A stretch of DNA of 64,000 nucleotides from Leucoraja ocellata (GCA_036785375.1 JAWMAR010000026.1:7936001-8000000); one strand, 5' to 3'; shown: positions 37,727 through 51,744, numbered from the stretch's first letter. The notes: generated from the sequence alone by a model not told the origin. Numbers and translations: made by a program.

Positions 37727-38478
37727 ATAGAAACATAGAAACATAGAAGCTAGGTGCAGGAGGAGGCCATTCGGCCCTTCAAACCAGCACCGCCATTTAT
37801 TGTGATCATGGTTGATCGTCCCCTATCAATAACCCGCGCGTGCCTTCTCCCCATATCCCTTGATTCCACCAGCCCCTGGAGCTCTATCTAACTCTCTCTT
37901 AAATCCATCCAGTGACTTGGCCTCCACTGCCCTCTGTGGCAGGGAATTCCATAAATTCCCAACTCTCTGGGCGCAAACGTTTTTCTCACACTTAAATGAC
38001 CTCCTCTTTATTCTAAGACTGTGGCCCCTGGTTCTGGACTCGCTCAACATTGGAAACATTTTTCCTGCATCTAGCTTGCCCAGTCCTTTTATAATTTTAT
38101 ATGTTTCTATAAGATCCCACCTCATCTATCTAAACTCCAGTGAATAGTATTTTCAATCTACCCTCAAATGACAGTCCCGCCATCACAGGGATCAATCACG
38201 TGAAACTACGCTGCACTGCTTCAATCACAAGGATGTCCTTCCTCAAATTAGGAGACCAAAACTGTACACAATACTACAGATGTGGTCTCACCAGAGCCCA
38301 ATACAACTGCAGAAGAACCTCTTTACTCCTATATTGAAATCCTCTTGTTATGAAGGCCAACATTCCATTAACTTTCTTCACTGCCTGCTGTACCTGTAAG
38401 CCAACTTTCAGTGACCGATGTACAAGGACACCCAGGTCTCGCTGCACCGTCCCCTTACCTAACTTAACCCCATTGATG
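37727..38478 (-). mobile_element. CR1 LINE 3' portion
   Basis: DLIETYKII...[13 protein letters not shown] on the minus strand, tail at 37727. Confidence 0.9.
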
Positions 38479-39314
38479 ACTCATATTTCAGCCAGGTCAA
38501 CTGCAATTTGTTCTCTATCTTCCCGCAGTGTTCTCGAATAAATCTGATCAGGCCCGGAGGATTTCTCTACCTTTTACACGTTAGGACGTTGAGCACCTCT
38601 ATCGTAATACAGACTGCCCTCAAGATACTTCCATTGATTGCCCCCAAGTTCCCTGATCTTCATGTGTTTCATGCAAGGAAAAGCCTAGGATCTATAGATC
38701 TGTGCCTGACATCTATGGCAGATATGTTACTGGAGAGCATTCTGAGATAAGATATATGCAGCTTTATGAACACATGACCAAGAGTTTTGAAGAAGCAAAT
38801 TAGAAGGTTGAAGATGGCAAGGAGAGAGAAAATGTTTTTTTATGGAAGATTCTGCATGCCAAGTTACCCTGGAAAGCTAGATGGCGTGAGAGCTAGCTTA
38901 ATGGGCAGAAAATCTGATTTCTGGAAGGAATAATATTTTAAAAAAATTCAGATTGAAGGCTGTGACTCTTGCTGTGTTCATGGATCGGGGCTGGGTCCAT
39001 TGCTGTTTGTGTTTTATGTCAACAATTTGGATGAGAAGAAACAAGGCATGAGAACAATGTCTGCAGATGCCATTAATGGGGGTGGTATGGTAGACAGGGT
39101 CGGCAAAGACTCGTGTAAGATCCTGACCACGGGTGCTGTCTTATGGAATTTGTACGTTCTCCTTGTGACCACGTGAATTTTCTCTGAGATCTATAGTTTT
39201 GGAATTGTTCACTTTTGGAGTAAATGAAGTAAATGTTCGGCCGGATGTGGTCTCAACTAGGCAGTAGCTTGTTGTAAGATGACAAGTGCATTCTGGTAGT
39301 GAAATTCTATAGCA

Positions 39315-39858
39315 AAAACAAATTGGAAGAACACCATCTGATATTTCGCTTGGGCAGCTTGCAGCCCAGTCGTATGAATATTTATTTCTCTCACTTCTGG
39401 TAGCCCCGGCATTCCCTCTCTCTCTATCCCTCCCCCGCCCAAGTCGCACCAGCTTCTCAATTTCACCCTACAAACAGCTTACAATGGCCTGTTTCCTTTA
39501 TCATCGTTACTTGTTTTGCAGAGCTTTCATTCAGTGTTATTTATCTCTCCACATCACCGTCTATATCTCTCGTTTCCTTTATCCCTAACCAGTCTGCAGA
39601 AGGGCCTCGACCCGAAACGTCACCCATTCCTTCTCTCCAAAGATGCTGCCTGTCCCGCTGAGTTACTCCAGCTTTTTCTGTTTAAGAAACAACTGCTGAT
39701 GCTGGAAAATTCGAAGGTAGACCAAAATGCTGGAGAAACTCAGCGGTTGAGCCAGCATCTATGGAGAGAAGGAACAGGTAACGTTTCGGGTCGAGATCCT
39801 TATTCCTTCGCTGCATAGATGCTGCGTCACCCACTGAGTTTCTCCAGAATTTTTGTCT
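39315..39858. mobile_element. Penelope-like element 3' region plus inverted terminal repeats
   Basis: caccatctgatatttcgcttgggcagcttgcagccc followed by three repeat units in mixed orientation. Confidence 0.6.
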
Positions 39859-40532
39859 AACATTAACTTACCACTTGCTGGTCGAACCTCACTGTTTGGT
39901 GCAAATGAATAATGAATAGACTTCGGTGCCTTGCAGGTACCTTTGAATATCAACATTTCCGCATATCTCACCCTAAAACATATAATGGACACCTGTGCAC
40001 TGTCTCTCCACTGGTGTGCATAATTTAAATTTCCCCTCATGGTACTCCATCTGACACGGCATTTCCTCATTGTATTTCATCTGTCGTGACATCTTACTCA
40101 CCACGTATTTTTAAGGCAACGCTACAATTGGTCACCTTGCCGAATCCACCTGTTCATACTTCTGAAGAAGGGTTTCGGCCCGAAACGTTGCCTATTTCTT
40201 TCGCTCCATAGATGCTGCTGCACCCGCTGAGTTTCTCCAGCTTTTTTGTGTTCATAGTTCAATAAAGGATCATTTCATTCTCATTGGTCACGATCTGCCA
40301 CATTGAGAAATGTCTGTTTATTCCGATTCTTTGCTTTCGAATCATTAACCAAGTCACAATTCACACGTCTCTGCTGATCCCTATTCTATGTGCTCTTTTC
40401 ACCGAGCTCCGATTTTGAAAAGCTTTCGGAAGATTGAAAGTCTGCGGAAACCCCCAAATAAGCAGCAGCCACTTGCAGACGCACCACGGTGTGCACAACA
40501 AGAATTACAAGGCAGCACATGTTTGCGATGAC

Positions 40533-40718
40533 CAGGGCCGGATTTAGATGAAGAGAGGCCCTGGGCTATTCCACTTGCGAGGCCCATCTCAATCCCCTAT
40601 GTAAGGCCCCTTCCAATCAGCCCATGAAGCCGATAGGTAAATCCGGCCCTGCCGAGGCCCACTTGATCTCGAGGCCCTAAACTTAAGCTTGTGAAGCGTA
40701 TACGTAAATCCGGCCCTG
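40533..40718. mobile_element. hAT-type MITE with 14-bp TIRs and 8-bp TSD
   Basis: CAGGGCCGGATTTA...TAAATCCGGCCCTG flanked by GCGATGAC on both sides. Confidence 0.88.
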
Positions 40719-40789
40719 GCGATGACACTTGATCTAACCTTCGCTTTTTGCGGCGATCCTATCCCTCTCTTGCTCTCGCTGCCAAAGTC

Positions 40790-41420
40790 CAAGTTCAAGT
40801 TCGCGTTCATTGTCACTTAATCAACTAAGGTCCAGTGAAATTTGAGTTACCACACAGCCATACTAAGTGAAAAGAGCACAATACACACATAAATTAAATT
40901 TAACATGAACATGCACGACAGTGGAATCAACATTCCTCACTGTGATGGAAGGCAATAAAGTTCAGTCATCTTCCTCCTTTGTTCACCCGTGGTGGTCGGG
41001 GCCTTGAACACTCTGCAGTTCGCCGCTGCCGACAGTCCGATGTCCAGGCCCTCTCGTCGGGATGATCAAAACTCCGGCGTCGGGTCGGATTGGAACAGCC
41101 GCGGCATGCAGTTCCAGAGCCGGCTTCTTCTTACCGGAGACCGAGGTTCAAGTCCACAGGCCGCGCAATCGGAGCTCTTCTTCTGGCGATCCTCGGTAAA
41201 GGATCCCCGGCTCGGCGCCGCGCTCGCAGCTGAAGCTCCGAGCCGGTATCCAGGAAAGGTGCACCACTCCAGGATGTTAGGCCGCAAAAAAAGGGGGGGG
41301 GGGGGGGAGAGATTCGGCACGGAGCAAATCGCATATCGGTCGAAGTAAGTGATTGAAACAATGTTTCCCAAAATACCCCCCCCCCCCATCCCCACATAAA
41401 CTACCCGAGAAACATTGGAA
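40790..41420 (-). mobile_element. GC-rich non-autonomous retroelement related to 34436..35235
   Basis: Shared blocks (tttaaca...cactgtg.tggaaggca, ggagctcttc, gatgttagg) and simple-repeat tail. Confidence 0.55.
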
Positions 41421-42797
41421 ACCAAACGGAAGTTTCACATTTGCTATTTAGAACTACCCTGGAATAATGACTGAATCTATAGAACCTCGGAGGATAATAT
41501 CCAATATATATATTTCAAAATTCTACAAATCTGTGAACAGAAGACTGAAGAGGGTTTCGGCCCGAAACGTTGCTTATTTCCTTCGCTCCATAGATTCTGC
41601 TGCACCCGCTGAGTTTCTCCAGCACGTTTGTCTACCTTCGATTTTCCAGCTTCTGCAGTTCCTTCTTAAACAACATAGAAGACCAGCTGATTAGAATTCA
41701 TCAATGCGTGGACGCATAATCCTCTTCAATGGTGGCAACTGGTCGAGATGCTGCCTCACATTGGCGGGGATCCTAGTTCGATCCTAACTTCGTTCGGTGC
41801 TGTCTGTGTGGAATTTGCAATTTATCGTTGTAACCACATGGATTTCCTACGTATAACCATATAACCATATAACAATTACAACACGGAAACAGGCCATCTC
41901 GGCCCTACAAGTCCGTGCCGATCAAATTTTTCCCCTTAGTCCCACCTGCCTGCACTCATACCATAACCCTCCATTCCCTTCTCATCCATATGCCTATCCA
42001 ATTTATTTTTAAATGATACCAATGAACCTGCCTCCACCACTTCCACTGGGAGCTCATTCCACACCGCTACCACTCTCTGCGTAAAGAAGTTCCCCCTCAT
42101 ATTACCCCTAAACTTCTGTCCCTTAATTCTGAAGTCATGTCCTCTTGTTTGAATGTGTTTACGTGTGCTCTGATTTCTTCCTAGATCCCAAAGACTTGCT
42201 GCTTTGTTGGCTGCTGTAATTTGCCCTTAACGTGCAGGTAGTGGGTGAGAAAGTGGGATAACATGAAACTGGTGTGAAGGGGTGATCGATGGTTGGTGTG
42301 GAGTAGGTGCTCCGATGGGACTGTTTCTGTATTCTTTACATTCTAAATTCTTTAGTAACATTTATGTTTTGAAAGTATTTATTTTCCTTTATCCCATGCG
42401 CCCGTCCGTTATTCAACGTCACATCCATAAGCCTTATTTGACTTTTTCCCAAGGCAGAGATAATGTACAGAATATGATTATTTGTTCTACGCGGGGGTTT
42501 TCTTTTCGCATTCCAACAGCTGCAGTATCTGTAAAGCGCTTAGATTTGACTGGCGTAGCATTTCCTTTCGACACATTCCACGAATCCTATTTATGTATTT
42601 CTCGTTACGTTACTTTGATATTCTACTTTCGATTGGCCATATCATATAAAGCATCGGTAAAAATTAACCGGGTTTGTGACATAAGCGAAGCTGCATCAAA
42701 TCAAAACGTTCCATGATACACAAAATGCGCCATATTCTCTGGATAATATCTGCAACGTCTGTGTTCTCCGTGACACAAAGTGTGCTTTTCAGCGCTA

Positions 42798-42820
42798 TGA
42801 CGTCAAAAAGTGAAACGGAA
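42798..42820 (+). promoter_or_regulatory. CRE palindrome abutting an IRF element and ETS core upstream of gene C
   Basis: TGACGTCA-AAAAGTGAAAC-GGAA about 100 bp upstream of the ATG. Confidence 0.45.
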
Positions 42821-42910
42821 CCATTGCTGCAAGACGCTCGCCAACAAGCTTCACTGCTTGACTCGCTGTCAAAGAGCAAACATCGTTGAATTTCACCCCC
42901 TTTGTTCAGA

Positions 42911-42965
42911 ATGTTTATGTTTGCCGTGCTACTGTATCTCTCGATCCTGCATATGAGTCACACAG
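42911..42965 (+). CDS. Gene C leader exon
   Basis: 55 nt, ACAG|gttaac. Confidence 0.82.
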
Positions 42966-45900
42966 GTTAACATATTTCCCTCTATTAAACGAAAATAACA
43001 GGGAAAAGGTCAATCCGCGAAAAGTATAAGATGTACAACGCTTAATTTTCGGTCGAGCTATTTCAGCCATTTTGATTTTTTTATCAATCCGTTCATTGTC
43101 ATTTCACATGTTTAACGTTTGTTTTTAATTTTGACAGTTACTGAAGAGGCCTCCTCGTTCAGGGCGCGTCAGGTTCCCGATGAGGTAACGAAAGTGAAAG
43201 GTGAAAATGTATCCCTATACTGTACTTTCCCGAACTTCGGTCAGAATGCACTGGTGGATGTATACTGGAAGAGAGACGGTCAAGAAGGGACGTTGAATCC
43301 CACCGCAAACAGTAGGATGATAATGAACAATGTCCTGAAGGGATCGGCCGAATTACATCTGTTGAACGTGAGCTTCCGTGACTCCGGGATCTATTATTGC
43401 AGTGTGAGAGGCGGGAATGGAAAGACTTCCAAAAGCAATGGCACGAGGATTATTGTACACGGTGAGTCTTACTTGATGTTTCGAATCACAATACAAACAC
43501 AGAAATATGGTGTGCTACAGAGTTATAAAGTAGCAATAAACGGACCCTTTCTCAGTCTGTACTAGAAGTTTTGCTCTAACGATTTAAGTAATTGGTTTTT
43601 CGTGATTGTTGGACCATGAGATCTTTGGACAATCATTATTCTTTAATTTCCTATCATTTAGTTATTATTTATATGTGTAGGGTTAATTTTCTTGGCGGCC
43701 CCTCAACTGTATCCAGCGAAAGTATAGATTAAAATTGCAGATAGTAGTCAATTAAATATAAGCTATCATATGTTGGTGAGTATTGTAGCTAAAGTTGTTC
43801 AGTCAAAAAAACATTGCGTTCGAGTCGAGACCTGTGACATCCAGATGATGGAGCATTCTAGGGGGGTCGCGAATGGTGCTCTTTGATGCAGAATATCCAT
43901 GTTTGACCATTTATGTAGCTATTTCTAGTTCAACTAGTAAATGTTAACAACACGTATGTTGTTAGAAGAAACATTTGGTGAATAGTGAGCGTGATATATT
44001 CTAACCGCAATCTTCTGACAGACTATTCTACCATGATTTTAGGAATTCATAGTTTCAAAGAAAATCAATGAGAAAATACTAGTCACAACACATCTGCGAC
44101 TACATAAATTAGTTTCTGCCGACAACGTTATAGCGGAAGTAACAAAAGTTCATGATGAAAATTGTTCAAGAAATTCAGAGGTATAGCAGGGAAGAATAGG
44201 TGGGGTGCGTGGCGGCGCATTAGTATGGGTGGAAGACAAAAAAAATTACATGATAAACGGGGGAAAATCTGAGATTAATGCGACAAGTCACAAACCATGT
44301 AAACAAAGGAGATGAAAGTAGTACCAGAATTCAAATGATTAAATTGCAAATCGAGAATATTAATCAAAACGTTATCCGTCATTTTACTTCGAGTTTCATT
44401 GGAACTCAGCAGAGCGTCGAGTGGGAGAACAGAAGTTACAATACGAATGATAATTACACGTCAGCGTCGTACTCGATTTCTGGGTGGAAATATCCCACCG
44501 CACATTTCAATCCCACATCAGCAACTACTAATCTGAGGAAGAACATTCTTGCCATAGAGGGAGTACAGAGAAGGTTCACCAGACTGATTCCTGGGATGTC
44601 AGGACTTGCATATGAAGAAAGACTGGATAGACTCGGTTTGTACTCGCTAGAATTTAGAAGATTGAGGGGGGATCTTATAGAAACTTACAAAATTCTTAAG
44701 GGGTTGGACAGGCTAGATGCAGGAAGGTTGTTCCAGATGTTGGGGAAGTCCAGAACAAGGGGTCACAGTTTAAGGATACGGGGGAAATCTTTTAAGACCG
44801 AGATGAGGAAACATTTTTCACAGAAAGAGTGGTGAATCTCTGGGATTCGCGGCCACAGAAGGTAGTTGAGGCCAGTTCATTGGCTATATTTAAGAGGGAT
44901 TTGATGTGGCCCTTGTGGCTAAAGGCATCAGGGGTAATGGAGAGAAGACAGGTACAGGATACTGAATTGGATGATCAGCCATGATCATATTGAATGGCGG
45001 TGCAGGCTCGAAGGGCCGAATGGCCTATTCCTGCACCTATTTTCTATGTTTCTATGTTTACTGAATACACACAGACACGCTACCATACCTTGTCCAGTTT
45101 AAGTGCCGTGACATGTATTGCGAAGACGACAAATACCTAAAGCATCCCATCATTTTCGAAACTTATAACTACTCAAAAATCAATTCAACAACTCCTAAAG
45201 ATAGAACATGAATAGGTCCTTCGGCCCACAATTTCAGTGCCGAATATGGTGCCAAACTAAATAAATCTCCGCTCTGTGTGAGACATATCCTTTCATTCCC
45301 TATATTTGCCAATTTAAAAATATCTAAGATGCCCCTATCGGATCCGCCTCTGCAACTACGCATGATGTATTTAAGCTGGAAATGGTATAGAGCAGATTTA
45401 CGAGGATGTTGCCACGACGCGAGGGTCTGAGCTATAGGGAGAGCCGGAGCAGGCCAGGACTTTATTCTTTGCAGCGCAGGAGCGTAAGGGGTGAACTTAT
45501 TGAGGGGTATCTGATCATGACCGGAATAAATCTAGTATATGCATCGCCTTTTACCTAGAGTAGTGGAATCAAGTCCTTGTAAACGAAACATTTCACCACA
45601 TCAAATTACAATAACCGAGGAAAAGAAGTTTGCGTTGCAATTGAGAGATCAATTACCTGGCCGCCACCAGGGATTGTCAGTCCCATGCTCCCTTTTTTTC
45701 TTGGAACGCTTCAATTGCTTTCCACCAGGTGTTCATTTAATTTATTTTTCACGGTCTGATTAGCTCTGCTTCCAGTACATTTCCGATCACTACTTGTGAA
45801 AGATCCGCGGATATTTTCTGGTGAGAGCACTTGCGTAGATCAGTTTGGGATGGAGATCAATGATTTACCCTCCGATGTGGAGATAATGCTTTTGTTACGT

Positions 45901-48900
45901 GGACGGGAGCATAATGGTGACGCTCCTTTGCCTTTTGAGATGGTGTCCTATTTGGAGTTAAGTAATGGATGTTGCTAAACATTTCATTCTATTAAATGCC
46001 CCCCCCCCCCCCCCCCCCCATCAGCTCCTTTTTAATCAAATGCGGAACATAATTTATCCCTCTGAATCATTTCCAGTGGCCTTCCTACCACAGACTGGTT
46101 TACAGTTCCCAGACTTTTGCTTGCAGCCCTCAAATATAGCCACAATATGAGTCATCCACTAGTCTTCATATAGGTATTTACATGCGATTCCTCTGTTGAT
46201 ACACTCTTAATTTGATGTCTTGTTTCATCGATTCTCGGCGTCTGTAGATTTATTCCATTATAAGACACAACCGATGTGTTAACTCGCATCACCACATTCT
46301 AAATTAACTACTCCCCCCCCCCCCCCCCCCCCCCCCCCCACCGCCCTGCCTGCCACCCGATTTCCCTTTTTACCTTTATTATGTACACTAAAACTAAGGT
46401 GTCTTCGTCGTTTATCCTATTAAGATTTATCAGACTACTATTAAAAGTTCATCTTAAATACAACTCTGCAGAACGTTTTTCAAACTTGATCGGATCTTCC
46501 CACAGATTCCCAGTATTGTTTATTGTTGCTCCTAAAAATACCCTTTTCACTCAAAACTTTAGTTATTACCCGGGTAACACGAGATACTACACATTATGTC
46601 AAACGTGCAAATTATTCTGCGCGTTGTCCCTCAGAAGACTTCCACGCATACATAAAGCTGCTTCTGTCTTTCAGCATGTTTCACATATAATACAAACAGA
46701 ACTAAATTTATGATTTCATTAACGCAATTTTCCGTTTGATTGTACCACCTTGAACTCTGCCTTGTCTGGTGTAGCAACATTGCTTTCCCAGCAGATACCC
46801 AAACCCGTCCTATCACCAACTAAAGAGGTCAAGTCCATCTACCTTACTGGAGATTCTACCTACATTACTGGAGATTCTCAAACTATATTTTTATCGGACT
46901 TTACTGGACTTTATCTTGAGTTAAACAGACTCCGGTAATCCTGAATCTGTACAATGTGGACGGCTTGATTGTAATCATGTGTGGTAATTTCGCTGATTGA
47001 ATAACACACAACAAAAAGCATTTCACGGTGGCTCGGTACACGTGATAATAAACTAAAACTGTTAGGCACAAAACAAAAGTGAATCCCCCATGACCAGGAA
47101 ATCTCGGAGACAAGGTAGCTTTAACAAAGAGAGATGACCGAATGCTCTGTGCTCTCTTTCACAGAGACTTGGCTCACCCCTCTTCCCCAGACTCAGCCGT
47201 CCTTGCCGATAGTTTCTCCATTCGTCGCATGGGCAGAATGAAGCCGTTGGGGAAGGTGATGGGTGGTGACACCCGCCTCACATAGCGCTCATATATAGTG
47301 GTCCTGGCCAACTGCGTTATAACAAGTGTTTACTCTACTATATATTTCCAACAACATAGTCAAAATAATTTACTATTAAAGGAACGCCCAAAAAGGTATG
47401 GTATTATCCATTTCGAAAGCGATTACATTGTCTTCTAAATAAAGATATAGGGGTACTAACTCATTTGTCTTAAATTGTTTGCAGTGTCACCGACGCCTTT
47501 GAAGATTAAACAGGTGAACGTTCCTTCCCTGGCCCTAAACTGTACGACTGCTCCGTTTTTCCCGGAGGACTGTAAACTCACCTGGTATAAAGATGACCAA
47601 GAAATCACTTCTGGAATAAGTACCACTACAATACGGAACGACGAGGGATTATACGTTGCTTCCAGCTTCCTGCATGTAGTGGATCGCCGATCGAATTATA
47701 GTTGCCACGTGTCTCACGTCACCCTCCTGGTTCCGACCGTTGAAACTTACAGTTTTCCTGGAATGGGTATGAGGTTTATACCTTCAATAACGTCCTGAGA
47801 TATATCACTGTTTTATGTCAAGGCATTTCATGAATTCCCACCCAAAACGTACGCCAGACCGTTTTTAAGTATTTGGATGGAGATTGCGGGCATGTCTTTG
47901 TTGAAATGGAAAGGTATGACAGTCTACGAAACTAGATACGGGTTAGTAAGAGATATCGCGCAAAGATGACAATTGTGTTTGCATGTTTGTGTAATAGCGG
48001 ACGCTGGAACTCGCTGTTTATCTCCGATTATATAGAGCTCTACAGCATGGAAGCAAGGCCCTTCGGCCCGCCTCGTCCACGCCAAGCAAGTTGGCATTCT
48101 GGACTGGACCCATTTGACCATTTCCCCTCTAAATCTTTCCTATCCAAATATCTATCCAATATCATTTGAAAATCCACAATTGAATACGCTTCTGAAGCTT
48201 CCTCGGAAAGAAATTGCCCCTTGGGAACCTCGTAACCTTCCCTGTTAAGAATCCATTACCCTGGCAAAAACGACTGTAAGCATTCACTTTCTCTACGCCC
48301 ATCATAATTTTATATATTTCAATTAGGTAAACATCCCATGCCTCACGGGAAGAGGTTACAACCTGCTCAGCATTACCGGATAAATCAAGCCATCAAAGTA
48401 ATACGCTGATGAATCCTTTCTGCACCTTTTCCAACATAATGACATGCTACGTATAGGCAGGATGACCAGGACTGCACACAGAACACCAACGAGCACATAC
48501 TTGTAAAGCTGTTTCCCTGCATAATAAGGGCATTGTTTTCTGTTTATATGCAAATTAATTTTCAGTCTTAACGCTGTAACATTGCAGACTAAATCCAAAA
48601 TATTTCAAGTTCCAAGGGACCAATACCACAAGACAGAGGCCAAGGCAGATTTTATAGCATTAAAACAGATGATTTATTTTTCATTAACTCAGATGATTTA
48701 TTTTTCCATCGTTGCTGATCTGTGATGAGATTCAAACAGAAGAGGAAAATGAAAGGAAAGGAGAAATAAGAAAATGTTCGAAAGGTTATACATATAATAC
48801 GGATAAGCGATAATTCCGGCTGATGTGCGTTCCTCTGAACGGTCTGATATGTTCTGTGCTCCCAGACATTTCAAGACAGATTCTAAGGGGAATAGGAGGC

Positions 48901-51542
48901 AACCGCGACTGACAAGAGAAGTTAGGGATAGAATAAAATTAAAAGAAAAGATGCATAACGCAGTAAAGAGTAGTCGGAAGCCGGAGGATTGGGAAACTTT
49001 CATTGGACAACAGAAGGAAACAAAACGGGCAATACGGCTGAAAAGATGAAGTACGAGGGGAAGCTGGCCAGGAACATAAAGAAGGTCAGCAAAAGCCTCT
49101 TTAGATATGTTAAGGGAAAAAGAGTAGCAAAATCAGAAGGCAGACACGGGTGAAATTATTATGGGCACCAAGGAAATGGCAGAGGAGTTGAACAGGTACT
49201 TTGGATCTGTCTTCACTAAGGAAGACACAAACAATCTCCCAGAAGTACTGGAGGACAGAGGATCAAAGGGGGGTAGAGGAACTGAAATAAATTATAATTA
49301 GGCGATGTTCTGCATACCATGGTCCTCAGGGAGGTGGCTCTAGAAATATTGGACGCGCTGGTGATCATTTTCCAATGTTCAATAGATTCAGGATCAGTTC
49401 CTGTGGATTGGAGGATAGCTAATGTTATCCCACCTTTCATGAACGGAGCGAGAGAGAAAACGTGGATATACAGTCCAGTTAGCCTAACTTCGGTGGTGGG
49501 AAAGATGCTGGAGTCAATCATTAAGAGGTAATAATGGAGCATTTGGATAGCAGTAAAATGATTAATCCAAGTCAGCATGGATTTATGAAAGGAAAATCAT
49601 GCTTGACTAAGCTTCTGGAATTTTTTGAGGATGTGACAAGTAAAATGGATGAAGGGGAGGCAGTGGATGCAGTGTATCTAGACTTTCAGAAAACCTTTGA
49701 TAAGGTCCCGCATGGGAGACTGGTGACTAAAATTAGAGCACATGATATTGGGGGTAGGGTATTGACATGGATAGAACATTGGTTGGCAGACAAGAAGCAA
49801 AGAGTAGGAGTGAACGGGTCCTTTTCAGAGTGGCAGGCAGTGACGAGTGGAGTGCCGCAATGCTCGGTGTTGGTGCCGCAACTGTTTACCATATATATTA
49901 ATGATTTGGAAGAGGGAATTAGGAGCAACACTAGCAAGTTTGCAGATGACACAAAGCTGGGTGGCAGTGTGAACTGTGAAGAGGATGTTAGGACGTTGCA
50001 GGTTGACCTGGGCAGGTTGAGTGAGTGGGCAGATGCGTGGCAGATGCAGTATAATATAGATAAATATTAGGTTACCAACTTTGGTGGCAAAAACAAGGGG
50101 ACAGATTATTATCTCAATGGGTTTAGGTTAGGTAAGGGGGTACAGCGTGACCTGGGTGTCCTTGTACACCATTCACTGAAAGTTGGCGTGCAGGTACAGC
50201 AGGTAGTGAAGAAAACCAATGGCGTCGTTCACAGAATTTCAGTAGGCCTTTGATAAGGTGCCTTATGTGAGACCGCTAAACAAAATAGAATCGCATGGCA
50301 TTAGGAATTATCACGGATTGAAGATTGGCTTGCTGGCTGAAGACAAACCGTGGCAATAAAGGGGCCTTTTGTGGTTAGCTACGTTTTAATACTGGTATTC
50401 TGCAGGGGTCGGTGTTGAGTCTGCTACAATTTACATTATATGTTAATTGTCTAGAGGATGAAATTGATGGCTTTGTCGGCAGGTTTTCCGATGATATGAA
50501 GATAGGTGCAGATAGTGTTGAAGAAGCAGGGAGTCTGCAGAAGGACTTGGACAGCTTGGGAGCGTGAGTGTAAACAAGTGGCAGATGGAATGTTGTGTAG
50601 CAGTCATGCATTTGAGAGATGAGAGAAAATGTGGAACCCATCCTGTAATTCCCTGTTTCGTGTAATCTGATTATTTAATGAAGATAACCTCTCTGAAAAA
50701 TTCTAATATTCAGCTTTCATTTCCCTTTAGGAACAAGCCTTAAACTCATCTACTTTCGGGCGGGTGGATTTGCCATATGCGTGTTAATTATTCTAGCGGT
50801 GGTATTTTTTGTCAGGTGGTACGAATTAGACAGTACTGAAGGTAAGATGCGACTTCACCCTTGTCTGAGATTTGCGACATGAGGAACTGCAGATGCAAAA
50901 CGCAGTGCTGGAATAATTCGGCTATTTATGCAGCATCTGGAGAGGCAATGGATAGGGGGGGTTGGGTTTGAGTCACGTGTAAAGAAGGGTCCTGACCCGA
51001 AACTTCATCTACCGATGATCCCCGTAGACGACGCCTAACCCGCTGAATAACTACAACATTTCGTGTTTTCTCCGAAAATAACAATGTTCAATTGAAGGAG
51101 CAACGAGATGAGCTCATGTAACGATTTAAACACCAGGGCCTTTTTCTCCGGCCGTAGCATTATGTCCGTTGGCTGTAAAAGCATTGTTATCGTTTGTAAT
51201 ACAAGATGGCGCTGTTAACATTATGTGAAATGCTGCAAAGGTCGGGTTGTTTAAATAAGGGCAGTTATCACAGGAGAGCGTATTCAAACCAGAGGTTTTG
51301 AACTTTTCCACGCGCTTTTCCTCAGCAGTAGGACTAACGAGGAGAGGATTTGTTCAAATAACAAGAATAGCATGACCGCAATGATCACATTCTGCAGCCG
51401 AACGAATCTGGTCACAAATCGATTCTCAACTGATTATCGGCCGGCAGGTTGTGACATGTTGATAATTAAATTTGGTTGTTTATGTTCTCTGCTAGCCCCA
51501 GAACATATTGTGGACATAACCCACTACTTTGGAAACAAGTGA
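42911..51542 (+). CDS. Gene C: activating-type V(J)-C1-TM receptor (TM Arg, truncated tail), join(42911..42965,43138..43461,47485..47766,50731..50841,51496..51542), ~272 aa
   Basis: Canonical splice sites, all introns phase 1. Leader MFMFAVLLYLSILHMSHT; V with DSGIYYC and SNGTRIIVH; C1 with FFP, WYKD, YSCHVSH; TM LIYFRAGGFAICVLIILAVVFFV; tail APEHIVDITHYFGNK*. Confidence 0.83.
43138..43461 (+). CDS. Gene C V-set exon (germline-joined VJ type)
   Basis: 324 nt; GENVSLYCTFP...VYWKRDG...AELHLLNVSFRDSGIYYCSVRGGNGKTSKSNGTRIIVH|gtgag. Confidence 0.94.
44528..45058 (+). mobile_element. CR1 LINE 3' end in gene C intron 2
   Basis: NLRKNILAIEGVQRRFTRLIPG..., CTATGTTT tail. Confidence 0.92.
47485..47766 (+). 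CDS. Gene C C1-set exon
   Basis: 282 nt; VSPTPLKI...LNCTTAPFFPEDCKLTWYKD...EGLYVASSFL...YSCHVSHVTL. Confidence 0.92.
48866..50220 (+). mobile_element. CR1 LINE internal RT fragment in gene C intron 3
   Basis: QHGFMKGKSCLT...YLDFQKTFDKVPH...FADDTKL. Confidence 0.92.
50731..50841 (+). CDS. Gene C transmembrane exon with Arg (CGG at 50757-50759)
   Basis: 111 nt, colinear with 4412..4522; GTSLKLIYFRAGGFAICVLIILAVVFFVRWYELDSTE. Confidence 0.88.
51496..51542 (+). CDS. Gene C short cytoplasmic exon with early stop
   Basis: Paralogue of 5131..5174, 1 nt shorter, donor changed to CAA|gtgatt; read-through gives AAG TGA. Confidence 0.7.
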
Positions 51543-51744
51543 TTTTCTTGTATAACCTGTCGTATCATGTTCTGCAAATGGACGCCTGTAATTATAATCA
51601 CATTGATGGGCGAACAGGATGGTTCCATTTTTCGTGAAACTCTCTATGTGTCTCGTTTGCAATTTTTCTTATCCTCCCGTATTCTTATGGTATAGTCCAT
51701 GATCGTCAGCGACCAGCGCTTGCGAATCTTTCTCCCAAACAGTT

